This document shows, one piece after another, positions 9,017 through 18,295 of a DNA stretch of 64,000 nt. Origin of the DNA: Candidatus Babeliales bacterium (GTDB lineage Bacteria > Babelota > Babeliae > Babelales > JANWKD01); contig CAVRJM010000001.1 of the NCBI GenBank assembly GCA_963722075.1, positions 256,001 through 320,000 of the forward strand, written 5' to 3'. Below the pieces are notes generated by a model. The model saw only the letters and a program-made list of their open reading frames with translations, was not told where the DNA came from and ran no database searches. Position numbers and translations under genes: made by a program. How positions within the stretch are numbered: position 1 is the stretch's first letter; every line of letters begins with the position of its first letter.

Positions 9017-9734
9017 ATTTTGTTTGATTATTTTTTAGTTCCAATAATCTCTTATAATTTGTTACTAGTTTTCTAACGTTATCTATTTGTTTTTCTAGCT
9101 CTTCAAATTTTTTCCAGATAGTATTAGTTAGTTCATTTCTCGTACTATCTTTATCTTCTAAGTCTTCTATTCGTTCAGCTTGATCATTATTGATTTTTTC
9201 ATATTTAATTAAATAATCTTCTAAAGCATTTGTCTTTTCAATAAGCATTGCAATCTGGCTTGGACGAGTTGCTTTTTGTGGTTTTTCTATATCGCTTTTA
9301 TCGATGCCTATTATTAATTCTATATTAGTAACGCGCCGTGTTAATTGCTTTAATAAATTTTGCGTTTCACTCATTTGCGAGAAGGATGCTCGTGGTGATT
9401 CTGTTAGCTTATTAGGTTGCGATGAAGCAATGTGATCTAATAAGCTTTTATAGTGCTGTCCATTATTATAATACGCATAATAGATGCCCCATCCAAAAGC
9501 GCATAAAATAGGATATTTTATTAAACTGGGAATGGTATGCCAGCAATTCTTTACTAATTCATAGGCATTTAATGTTTCAGTTTTATTAAAATAAGAATAG
9601 ATTCCAAGTCCCATAATACCACCACTTAATAATGAATAAGGATGCGATATGGTATTTTTTAATTTTTGAAAAGGCTTAGTGGAACCTATATGCAGTAATA
9701 AGCACAGTGAGAAAATGATTTGTTTATTGATCAT
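9015..9734 (-). CDS. Hypothetical membrane protein with C-terminal coiled coil
   Basis: Signal-like N-terminus, two short hydrophobic segments, long heptad-rich C-terminus; overlaps the upstream gene stop (ATGA). Confidence 0.65.
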   Translation of the reverse strand: MINKQIIFSLCLLLHIGSTKPFQKLKNTISHPYSLLSGGIMGLGIYSYFNKTETLNAYELVKNCWHTIPSLIKYPILCAFGWGIYYAYYNNGQHYKSLLDHIASSQPNKLTESPRASFSQMSETQNLLKQLTRRVTNIELIIGIDKSDIEKPQKATRPSQIAMLIEKTNALEDYLIKYEKINNDQAERIEDLEDKDSTRNELTNTIWKKFEELEKQIDNVRKLVTNYKRLLELKNNQTK

Positions 9735-10339
9735 TGTTGTGATGATTCGCTGTTCATAATAAAGGAAAGACTCATTCTATCCTGATTTTGATGCTCAGGA
9801 TAGTTTTGTTTATATAGTTGATAATATGTATAAAGTGATTGCTTGATATCAGGAGTTAATGGTGGTTGAGATGGCGTTTTTATTATAGTTAATATGGTAT
9901 TAAAAAGTGAACGAACGGCAAATGGATCCTGAGCATCTAAATGCAGGCTGATTAATTTTAGATAGGTATTAATCTGTAAATTATAAAAATGCGTTTGGTA
10001 TATTTCTCTATAGTGTGCTATTTCATGTGGAGTGGAAAATTCATACGGTATTACTTTGAAAGTAAGTAATCGGTTCAAGTGTTCAATTTCTTCTAATAAC
10101 AAATCCTTAATTCCAGTGAGTTTATTATTGGTTGGATGCAAATTATAACTATGACAGATTTGTAGATATTCCCTTTCAAAATCTCCTATTTTTTGCATAT
10201 GAGGCTTAGCCTGCTTTTTATAATACACTCTTCCGCTATTAGAACCAAATTTATCTTCTTGGTTATCCTCTTGATCAGGATTCATAGCTTGCATCGATAT
10301 CATTGCCGTAATGATTAAAAAAAAAGTAGCATATTTCAT
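9731..10339 (-). CDS. Secreted hypothetical protein
   Basis: GGGG RBS; signal peptide MQA|MNPD. Confidence 0.7.
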   Translation of the reverse strand: MKYATFFLIITAMISMQAMNPDQEDNQEDKFGSNSGRVYYKKQAKPHMQKIGDFEREYLQICHSYNLHPTNNKLTGIKDLLLEEIEHLNRLLTFKVIPYEFSTPHEIAHYREIYQTHFYNLQINTYLKLISLHLDAQDPFAVRSLFNTILTIIKTPSQPPLTPDIKQSLYTYYQLYKQNYPEHQNQDRMSLSFIMNSESSQQ

Positions 10340-10527
10340 GTGATTTCCCCCGGTAAATTAAATACTTATATAATAGTAATAATGGCATAAATTTAGATTA
10401 AAATTCAATTAATTAAATTTTCTTGTAAGATTTATAATGTTATAAACTTTTACAAGAAATTATATTTATTTTACACTAGAAGTAAATACGATTTATTCAA
10501 AAAAATCTTTAAAAAACGAATCAATTA

Positions 10528-12354
10528 ATGGATTTAAAAAAAATAAAACTCAGTGAAATAAAACCTGAACAAATTAGAAATTTCTCAATTATTGCGCATA
10601 TTGATCATGGCAAATCTACCCTTGCGGATCGGTTACTGGAAACTACTGGTACCTTATCAGAGCGAAAACGGCATGAGCAATTTTTAGATAAATTACAAGT
10701 TGAAAAAGAGCGGGGCATAACGGTTAAGGCCCAAACAGCGTCCATGTTTTATGAATATAAAGGCCAATTATACCTGCTTAACTTAATCGATACCCCCGGG
10801 CATGTTGATTTTAGTTACGAAGTTTCTCGCTCATTATATGCATGCCAAGGAGCATTGTTATTAGTTGATGCAGCCCAGGGTGTGCAAGCACAAACTATGG
10901 CCAATTTTTTCCTTGCTTTTGATCAAGATCTCACTATTGTGCCCGTTATTAATAAAATTGATATGGCAGCAGCAAATCCTGCTTTAGTAGCGCAAGAATT
11001 GAAACATCTTTTTGATATAGCTGAGAGCGAAAATATTCTAGCATCTGCTAAAAATGGCATTGGCATCGATGCTATTTTAGAGGCTATTATAACCCGTATT
11101 CCGGGACCGCGTTCAGATACTGAACAACCCCTTAAAGCGCTCTTATTTGATTCGTGGTTCAATGAATATAAGGGGGTTATTTGTTTGATTGCCATAAAAG
11201 ATGGCAGTCTTAAAATAGGAGACTCAATTACGTTAGCGCAAACAGGCCAAACATACGAAGTGCTTGAGATTGGCTTAATGTATCCTGATGAATCACCCAT
11301 GGATGCGCTGTATGCTGGTCAAGTTGGCTATTTAGTTGCCGGTATGAAGACCGTAAAAGAAGCGCGCGTAGGCGATACCATATTCCATACTAAAAAAGAA
11401 GTGGTTCCATTTCCTGGTTTTAAACCATCAAAGCCGATGGTGTTTGCAGCAATTTACCCGGTTGATAGCTCTGAATTTGACTTACTTAAAGATGCAATTG
11501 AGAAATTAACGTTAAATGACGCGAGTGTAACGGTTGAAAAAACAACGTCAGTAGCATTGGGGCTTGGATTTCGATGCGGATTCTTGGGCCTATTGCATAT
11601 GGATGTTTTTAAGCAACGTCTTGAACAAGAATATAATGTTACTGCTATTGTTACTTCCCCTTCGGTGCGTTATAGAGTGAAGTTAAAATACAGTAATGAG
11701 ATTATTGATATTGAAAACCCAACTGATTTTCCTGAGCCGCAAAAAATTGAAGAGATTTTAGAACCGATTATTAATGCCACGATTATTGTTCCTAAAAAAT
11801 ATTTAGGCAATATTATGAACTTATGCCAAGAACGGCGCGGTCAGCAAAAAGATATGACCTATTTGACTGAGGATCGATTAATTCTTAAATATGTATTGCC
11901 ACTTAATGAAGTAGCTACCAATTTTTATGATGAATTAAAATCCTTGAGTTCTGGTTATGCGAGCTTTGACTATGAAGAAGCGGGCTATCAGGTATCTGAT
12001 TTAGTTAAAATGGATATTTTACTTGGTGGCCGTCCGGTGGATGCATTATCAGTAATTGTACATACTGATAATGCTTATTACCTTGGACGCGATATGGTGC
12101 AACGATTGAAAAAAGTTATCCCACGGCAATTATTTGAAGTTATTATTCAAGCAGCTTTAGGTTCTAAAATAATCGCACGAGAATCAATTTCTGCATTACG
12201 AAAAGACGTTATTGCTAAATGTTATGGTGGCGATATTACGCGTAAGAAAAAATTGTTAGAGAAACAAAAAGAAGGTAAAAAGCGCATGAAGCAAGTCGGT
12301 AATGTTGAATTACCCCAAGAAGCCTTTTTAGCTTTTGTAAAACGAACAGAATAG
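10528..12354 (+). CDS. lepA: Elongation factor 4 (LepA)
   Basis: IRNFSIIAHIDHGKSTLADR, DTPGHVDF, GFRCGFLGLLH, KCYGGDITRK. Confidence 0.98.
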   Translation: MDLKKIKLSEIKPEQIRNFSIIAHIDHGKSTLADRLLETTGTLSERKRHEQFLDKLQVEKERGITVKAQTASMFYEYKGQLYLLNLIDTPGHVDFSYEVSRSLYACQGALLLVDAAQGVQAQTMANFFLAFDQDLTIVPVINKIDMAAANPALVAQELKHLFDIAESENILASAKNGIGIDAILEAIITRIPGPRSDTEQPLKALLFDSWFNEYKGVICLIAIKDGSLKIGDSITLAQTGQTYEVLEIGLMYPDESPMDALYAGQVGYLVAGMKTVKEARVGDTIFHTKKEVVPFPGFKPSKPMVFAAIYPVDSSEFDLLKDAIEKLTLNDASVTVEKTTSVALGLGFRCGFLGLLHMDVFKQRLEQEYNVTAIVTSPSVRYRVKLKYSNEIIDIENPTDFPEPQKIEEILEPIINATIIVPKKYLGNIMNLCQERRGQQKDMTYLTEDRLILKYVLPLNEVATNFYDELKSLSSGYASFDYEEAGYQVSDLVKMDILLGGRPVDALSVIVHTDNAYYLGRDMVQRLKKVIPRQLFEVIIQAALGSKIIARESISALRKDVIAKCYGGDITRKKKLLEKQKEGKKRMKQVGNVELPQEAFLAFVKRTE

Positions 12355-12460
12355 TTGATTTCTTATGGTATCTTTTTGATAGTAATAATGAATTCAAGGG
12401 TTGCTGCTTAGATAAAAATTCTTGGATTTATGATAACCGGACATTATAGATAAGGAACAT

Positions 12461-13552
12461 ATGAATAAATCAGAAAATAACAAAGAGCAATCACATCTTT
12501 TTTCTGGCAACATTTTCATTTTTCAGGCATTTGATATTGGGGAAGATATAAACTTAGAGAAAGTTCGTCAATCCGAAAATGTGTTAGTACGGCCATTAAC
12601 CTTATCAAAATATTTTAAAAATTATCATACGCCGCTTCCTATTGATTTACCGCATCCGCATGAAAGCTCTAAATTTATTAGCAGTAATTTACACAGCTTT
12701 GGGGTGATTTCATTAGCCTATAAAGTTCCGTTTCATGATACTCTAGAAAATTTGCGCAAAAAATTAATTACTATTGATGGAGAGTTTCAAGAACAAGGCG
12801 TTATTGATGCTAGTTCTATTTTTAAAGTAATAAAAAAATATGTAAAACATGAACGTTTTTTCCATTTACGCACCTCGTATGTGGTAATTCAAGTTGACCC
12901 GCGTCCGGATGCAATTTCAGTGGTTGGATTTAAAGATAGGTATGGCAGCTTTATTGCCTCACTAGTACGTTTTGAAACTGAAAGTTTAAGTGAATATCAA
13001 AAAGGTGAAATTCTTGATTCGGCATTAGGATATTATCGCGAAGATCTTTTTATCATCGATACCCAAGCAGCATTTGTGTATGATGATGAATATGAAGATA
13101 TTTTAGATCTCTTTGAATTTGCTAATATACAGCAACTAGAATTACAGTATTTTGATCGTATGCTTGATCAGCAACTTAATGTGGTATACCAACGCGAAGT
13201 GCGCACACTGCCGCTCAAAGCATATATTCCATTAATTGGCTCATTGCCGCGTGATTTGATTGGCTCATTGGGCATTTTAAAAGTAGAAATTTCGGTGATT
13301 ATTGAGCGTCTTGAAAGTAGTATTAAAATTGCCGGCGAAGAATTCATTTCAGAATTATACTCGGTATTAGTGGATAAATTAGATTTAAAAAATTGGAAAG
13401 AATCGATTAATACTAAATTAGAAATTATTAAGGATATGAACTCCTTTCACCAAAATAAAGTTGATTCAATTCGTGAAGATTTCTTATCGATTCTGATTAT
13501 TGTGTTAATTTTTATTGAATTAGTGGTTGGTATTTTAAGTTATTTAAAATAA
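12461..13552 (+). CDS. RMD1/DUF155-like protein with C-terminal TM helix
   Basis: AFDIGEDINL, ELQYFDRMLD, W..SI..KL and C-terminal LSILIIVLIFIE pattern typical of the RMD1/YagE-like family. Confidence 0.6.
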   Translation: MNKSENNKEQSHLFSGNIFIFQAFDIGEDINLEKVRQSENVLVRPLTLSKYFKNYHTPLPIDLPHPHESSKFISSNLHSFGVISLAYKVPFHDTLENLRKKLITIDGEFQEQGVIDASSIFKVIKKYVKHERFFHLRTSYVVIQVDPRPDAISVVGFKDRYGSFIASLVRFETESLSEYQKGEILDSALGYYREDLFIIDTQAAFVYDDEYEDILDLFEFANIQQLELQYFDRMLDQQLNVVYQREVRTLPLKAYIPLIGSLPRDLIGSLGILKVEISVIIERLESSIKIAGEEFISELYSVLVDKLDLKNWKESINTKLEIIKDMNSFHQNKVDSIREDFLSILIIVLIFIELVVGILSYLK

Positions 13553-13559
13553 GGGATTT

Positions 13560-13820
13560 ATGAAAAAGTTATTTGCGATGACATTTTTAGCGACGTTTTC
13601 TTTGAGTGCTATGAATAAAAGTGAGGAAAAACAAGTATTAAATGTTGCAGTAGTTGCTGCTCAGAGTAATATTCGACCGGCACAGCATTCATTTCTTCCC
13701 GTTCGGCCACCATTTCAAAAAGCACCTCTTGATGGTGTTAATCCGCGTGAAGATCAATCACATTTGTTTTTATCTAAAAAAACGAAGCAAGAGAATAATC
13801 AAAAAAACACTGATTCGTAA
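13560..13820 (+). CDS. Small secreted hypothetical protein
   Basis: AAGGGA RBS; LSA|MNKS. Confidence 0.65.
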   Translation: MKKLFAMTFLATFSLSAMNKSEEKQVLNVAVVAAQSNIRPAQHSFLPVRPPFQKAPLDGVNPREDQSHLFLSKKTKQENNQKNTDS

Positions 13821-13893
13821 ATTAATTAAGACGGCGATACTTTTAGGGTTTCAAGGTATTTTACTCCAAGCTGAAGAACATTGAAGTTAAGAG

Positions 13894-13925
13894 GTCGTCG
13901 TTGCGAGCCTGCGAAGCAATCCAGG
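13894..13925 (+). repeat. REP-like palindrome (CGTC/TGTC-type, family A variant)
   Basis: GTCGTTGCGAGCCTGCGAAGCAATCCAG; near-identical reverse copy at 45984-46014. Confidence 0.75.
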
Positions 13926-13952
13926 CTATTGAATCTAATCTGAATTCTTCAA

Positions 13953-14545
13953 GTAAGGTATTTTTCTCGCCAAAAATACCTTACCTAAAAAAGCGCCACC
14001 ATGCTGGTGGATCCGTCTACGCTTATCCACGCCTTCCGGCTTGGCATCCAGCCGTCGCTCTTTGAGCTATGGCGGAGTAAACAGCTACGCCGGACAAGTC
14101 TGCACTATCACTCGTGTATGCACCACACGTGATTAATGCTATGCATTAACCCTTCGGGTGCACGACGCATTACCGGACTTTAATTTATTCAACTATTCCA
14201 CTTTTGATCTAATCCATAAAGAAAAAATAGCAATTACGATAATACCGTCATTCCGTTCTATCGTTGCAAGGTGTGGCGGAATAAAGCGCGTTCCTCGTCG
14301 AAAGTAAAGCTTCGACGGATAGGGAACTACTTCAGCCGTAGCTGGTAAAGCGAAGGCTGGAAACAATGGATAAAATCAAATGGCCTTGAAGCAAAACCGT
14401 TGAAGGGTCTGAAGCACATCGTTAGATGTGCGAGGGCCCGCCTTTTTTGCGATAGAGAGATAAATAAGAGACCCTCTCTTATTTGCCCTTGTATTGAAAA
14501 TATTGGGCAAGCAATATTTTCATACCCGGCCGGTATTAGGCCAAT
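13953..14545. ncRNA. Candidate structured non-coding RNA region or palindrome cluster of unknown class
   Basis: At least 10 hairpins in a GC-enriched intergenic region; cUUCGg and GNRA-containing loops; G-U pairs favouring the + strand in 14250-14440. No known family recognised. Confidence 0.4.
14009..14095 (-). repeat. Family B hairpin repeat with a second family B unit nested inside
   Basis: Near reverse complement of 3171-3222, with an extra insert containing TCCAGCCGTCGC..GCTATGGCGGA (14047-14076). Confidence 0.75.
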
Positions 14546-14585
14546 AGAAAAATATGATTTTTTATGTGAATAGTTTAAAAAGCAA

Positions 14586-15068
14586 TTACTGAGCAATGCT
14601 AACGCGCGCGGGGCGTAATAACTGGCCTTTAAATAAATACCCATTTTGCAATACTGCTACAATATGACCAGCAGTAAGAGGCGATTGCACGGTCATTATC
14701 GATTCATGTAATTCCGGATTTAATTCGTCATTTGACGAAACTTTTATCGTTTCAATGCCAACTTTTTCTAGATATTTCTGTAACTCTTTATGAACTAATT
14801 GGAATCCTTTAAACCAAACTGCATCAGATTCATTTTTTGGGGTATGTTGTTCAATAGCACGATTAAAATCATCAACAAAATTAAGAAGCGGCAGCAATAG
14901 TTCCATTTGTGCTACACGCGACCATTGCTGGCGTTCTTTTTCTTGTCTTTTTTTAAAATTATCAAAATCCGCAACAAGATGCGTATATTTTGTTTTTATT
15001 TCCATTAATTGGGTCTGGCACTGATGCAATTCACCAGTATTTTGTTCTTCGTGATGCGCCTTATCCAT
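14586..15068 (-). CDS. grpE: Nucleotide exchange factor GrpE
   Basis: ADFDNFKKR, LL..VDDFNRA, NPELHES, LQNGY..GQLLRPARV; AAGG RBS before ATG 15068. Confidence 0.93.
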   Translation of the reverse strand: MDKAHHEEQNTGELHQCQTQLMEIKTKYTHLVADFDNFKKRQEKERQQWSRVAQMELLLPLLNFVDDFNRAIEQHTPKNESDAVWFKGFQLVHKELQKYLEKVGIETIKVSSNDELNPELHESIMTVQSPLTAGHIVAVLQNGYLFKGQLLRPARVSIAQ

Positions 15069-15195
15069 GATTTTAACCTTTATGAACTTATGGTAATAGT
15101 TTATAGTATAAAACATTATACCATAATGATTATAACTAACAAGACGCATTAATTGACCTACGAGCTTTGAGTGGTAAATTTGAAAATAGGAAATT

Positions 15196-16461
15196 ATGAA
15201 TAGCAATAAATTAAGATGGCTTTTTTTATTATTTTTATCATATACCAGTATTTATACCATTGATAATCCGCATTTTTATCGTGCTAATTTCTTCTGGGGA
15301 GAGCCTCGTTTTGAGGAACCATGGCTCAGCACGTTTGAAATAACCTTTGGCGGGGGCAGTACTAAAAAAGCACGAAATAAAAAAGGCGAAAAAACAGATT
15401 TATTAAATATTTATGGGTTACAAAATATGCAAGCGCTTGCGCAAGGGGTTCCAAACCTTGATAGCAGTAATCCATTGGAGGCCATTCTTATTGATTTGGC
15501 GGCTCTTCCAGCACGCGATAATTTTGGCAAAGTTCGTTTTAAAGGGGAATTTGATATAGAGGAATTGGTATTAAATGGGTTTCAAAATATAAAAAACGGA
15601 TTTTTTTTGCAATGTTACTTACCCATTAGAAGTTTACATATAAATAACATTCATTTTATTGATGAATCTCCTGCTGACGATATTTTTCCTAATCGAAATA
15701 CCCCACAATGGCTTAGCTTTTTGAGTAATGTTACTACTATTTTATCGCAATTTAACCGTTCTATTGATAAAGTGAGTGAGACCGGAATTGGGGATCTTTC
15801 GCTTTTAATTGGATGGGCTCGTAATTATCAAGAGACCTGTTATATAGATTATTGTGATGTTGATGCCAAAATAGGAATATTATTTCCGACCGCAAAAAAA
15901 CAAAGTATTAGAAATCCCTTTAGCATTCCTTTAGGATATAATGGCTTTTATGGATTACCATTTAAATTTGATTGTTCTATTGGTTATTGGGAATGGCTAA
16001 CGGCAGGGTTTCATATCGGTGCACTTTTTTTATTTGAGCGTGAAAAGTTGCTTCCACTTAAAACGGCTCCTGACCAAAATGGTTTCATATTTTTAGCCCA
16101 AGGAAAAGCAAAAGTTGATCCTGGTACCTATTGGGAGTTATCCGGGTACGTTAAGGCGGATCATTTTTTTAAGGGACTTTCGTTGCTCATTGGCTACTGC
16201 TATACGCAAAAAGATGCTGATTGTATTGTACCATTAGATATGGAAGTTTTTAATCCAATTATTGTTAATACTGATCAGCGATTTAAATCATGGAATATGC
16301 AGGTGATCCACTGGATTATTGAATATGATTTTTCAAAGAAGCCTACTGATCTAAAGCCGCGTGTAGGTATTTTTTCTAACGTCTTGGTGGGAGGAAAACG
16401 AGTATTTAATACCAGTATTATTGGGCCATTTTTGGGGTTTGATGTTTCTTGGTGTTTTTAA
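15196..16461 (+). CDS. Putative outer-membrane beta-barrel protein
   Basis: Signal peptide, alternating amphipathic strands, C-terminal aromatic beta-signal-like GFDVSWCF. Confidence 0.55.
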   Translation: MNSNKLRWLFLLFLSYTSIYTIDNPHFYRANFFWGEPRFEEPWLSTFEITFGGGSTKKARNKKGEKTDLLNIYGLQNMQALAQGVPNLDSSNPLEAILIDLAALPARDNFGKVRFKGEFDIEELVLNGFQNIKNGFFLQCYLPIRSLHINNIHFIDESPADDIFPNRNTPQWLSFLSNVTTILSQFNRSIDKVSETGIGDLSLLIGWARNYQETCYIDYCDVDAKIGILFPTAKKQSIRNPFSIPLGYNGFYGLPFKFDCSIGYWEWLTAGFHIGALFLFEREKLLPLKTAPDQNGFIFLAQGKAKVDPGTYWELSGYVKADHFFKGLSLLIGYCYTQKDADCIVPLDMEVFNPIIVNTDQRFKSWNMQVIHWIIEYDFSKKPTDLKPRVGIFSNVLVGGKRVFNTSIIGPFLGFDVSWCF

Positions 16462-16892
16462 CCAATGGTTTCCTGGTTAAAAAGAAATAATTCTTTTAAT
16501 TTATCCTTGCTTTGATTAAGAAGAGATAAAAGTGAGCGGCAAAAAGGATCAGCAAGATATGATTCATAGGTGATTAAATAACTTTGCGATACTTTCTCAA
16601 GGGCATTAAATAAATAGTCAATATCTTCAAGAAGGTATGATTTAGTTTCTTCAGTGTTATTTATTAAGTTAATGATTGAATTATTTAAAATTAAAAACTT
16701 ATTAAAAAGATAATCTACCCAATCATCATGAAGTTGCTTATTAAAATGTATTACTTGTAAATCATTGCACAGTTCTTTGCAAATAATATCAATTTGTTGA
16801 AAATAAGGCGTTGGATACATTGGAATTTCGTTGCAATAAGCCGATGTAATAAAGAATAAAATGCCGAGTTTTATTTTAATATTTATATTCAT
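16458..16892 (-). CDS. Secreted hypothetical protein
   Basis: AAGGGA RBS; signal-like N-terminus. Confidence 0.6.
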   Translation of the reverse strand: MNINIKIKLGILFFITSAYCNEIPMYPTPYFQQIDIICKELCNDLQVIHFNKQLHDDWVDYLFNKFLILNNSIINLINNTEETKSYLLEDIDYLFNALEKVSQSYLITYESYLADPFCRSLLSLLNQSKDKLKELFLFNQETIG

Positions 16893-17010
16893 AGAATATC
16901 CCTTAAAAAATTAATTTTCTTGAAGTATATACTATAACAATGGCATTTTTGAATTCAAATTGTCAATATAATAAATAGTAAAAAAATAAAAAGCGTTCAT
17001 TAGAAACAAA

Positions 17011-17037
17011 TAGAGGCTCCGTTTTTTGGAGCCTCTA
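17011..17037 (-). terminator. Intrinsic terminator-like hairpin
   Basis: TAGAGGCTCC-N7-GGAGCCTCTA downstream of the ssb-hypothetical pair. Confidence 0.65.
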
Positions 17038-17057
17038 TGATGAGAACAAAAGTATTT

Positions 17058-17624
17058 TTAATGTTTTTGTGAATCAAGTAGCTTCAGTTGGTTAAAGATT
17101 GTGTAGCTTAGATGAGCGCCAGATGCACAGCACCCAGCTAATCCGAGGCTCGTAGTGAGGATGCCGTCTATAACATCCATTTTACTAAATTCTTTTTGAC
17201 AAAATTTTTCTATGCCATAACAAAGAGCAATTGCTCCAGTAAAAATACCGAGGACTGACCTACAGAGTTCAGGTGTTATGAATGGGCGATGCCGTTGGTA
17301 GGAGAGTCCTTTAGATGAAAGACTAATATCAAATCCCGATTGATCGTCATCTGAACGCAGTGATACGTTATATGACCGTTGAGGATTGCTTGAAGAAGGT
17401 GCGTCATATGAATAGTGGCGGCTGCTGGATTGAGCAGAGCTATTTGCAGGCCACAAGCCAAAGGTAATAACGTTAAGAAATCTATCAAGTTCTGCATCGT
17501 CTTGCTCTGCTTGTTCGCGTAGATTACGAGCAGATTCATAAAAAGTTTGCGATCTTTTATCTTTTCTCATGCCGTAGCAATTGATGATGCCCATGCAAAA
17601 TAATAAGAACACTATTTTTTTCAT
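17058..17624 (-). CDS. Exported hypothetical protein with two C-terminal hydrophobic segments
   Basis: AAGGA RBS; CYG|MRKD; Ser-rich linker; two TM-like helices. Confidence 0.65.
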   Translation of the reverse strand: MKKIVFLLFCMGIINCYGMRKDKRSQTFYESARNLREQAEQDDAELDRFLNVITFGLWPANSSAQSSSRHYSYDAPSSSNPQRSYNVSLRSDDDQSGFDISLSSKGLSYQRHRPFITPELCRSVLGIFTGAIALCYGIEKFCQKEFSKMDVIDGILTTSLGLAGCCASGAHLSYTIFNQLKLLDSQKH

Positions 17625-17635
17625 GCTATTGTCCT

Positions 17636-18205
17636 TTAGAAAGGAAGGTCATCTTGAAAAGGTGGCTCGTCTTTAAAATCAAATTCGCCAGAAGGTAAAG
17701 CTGCTTGTTCAGATTGATTAGCGGGAAACTGTGTTGAATAAGCACCGGCTTTCTTTTTGGATTGTATGCGCCCTAATTTTTCTTGGGTAGCAATAACGGC
17801 TGGGTCAGAAGATTCAAAGGGCTGACTTTCTGAAGTTTGTTCAGATTCTGATTCAACTGAAGTAGCACCCTGATTGGAGCCTAAGAATACCACGCGATCA
17901 GCTACAATTGAATGCTTGCTGCGTGTTTGACCATCAGGTGTTTGCCACGTATCAAATTTGAGGCGACCTTCAATAAGCACTGAACGGCCTTTTTGTAAAT
18001 ATTGACGGCAACTTTCAGCTTGTGGTCCAAAAACATCAACATCAATGAAGCATACTTCTTGAACCATGGAACCAGTTTGTTTGTTTTTATAACTGCGATT
18101 TGATGCTATGCCTAAACGGGTTACCGGTTGTCCTGATGTTAATTGTTTATAATCTGGGTCACGCGTGAGGTTTCCTGCCATAATAATTCTATTGTAACTA
18201 GCCAC
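17636..18205 (-). CDS. ssb: Single-stranded DNA-binding protein
   Basis: NRIIMAGNLTRDP, KGRSVLIEGRL, C-terminal DDLPF; GTG start. Confidence 0.97.
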   Translation of the reverse strand: MASYNRIIMAGNLTRDPDYKQLTSGQPVTRLGIASNRSYKNKQTGSMVQEVCFIDVDVFGPQAESCRQYLQKGRSVLIEGRLKFDTWQTPDGQTRSKHSIVADRVVFLGSNQGATSVESESEQTSESQPFESSDPAVIATQEKLGRIQSKKKAGAYSTQFPANQSEQAALPSGEFDFKDEPPFQDDLPF

Positions 18206-18295
18206 AAGTATCCTTTCTCTGTAATAATGTTATATTCAATAGTAGGTATTATAACAAAAAAAATAATTATTAAAAATTCATTTTATAAATAAATT

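Noticed and set aside
14170..14185. AAAGTCCGG on the minus strand resembling the RNase P RNA P4 5' strand
   Set aside because: The preceding GAGG and the 3' partner (ACAGAA.CCGGCTTA) are missing.
14405..14440. CTGAAG-stem-CGAG resembling a hammerhead ribozyme core
   Set aside because: Lacks the CUGANGA and GAAA consensus and stems I/III.
14327..14644. 105-aa minus-strand ORF across the structured region
   Set aside because: Overlaps grpE out of frame, runs through palindromes and has no recognisable features.
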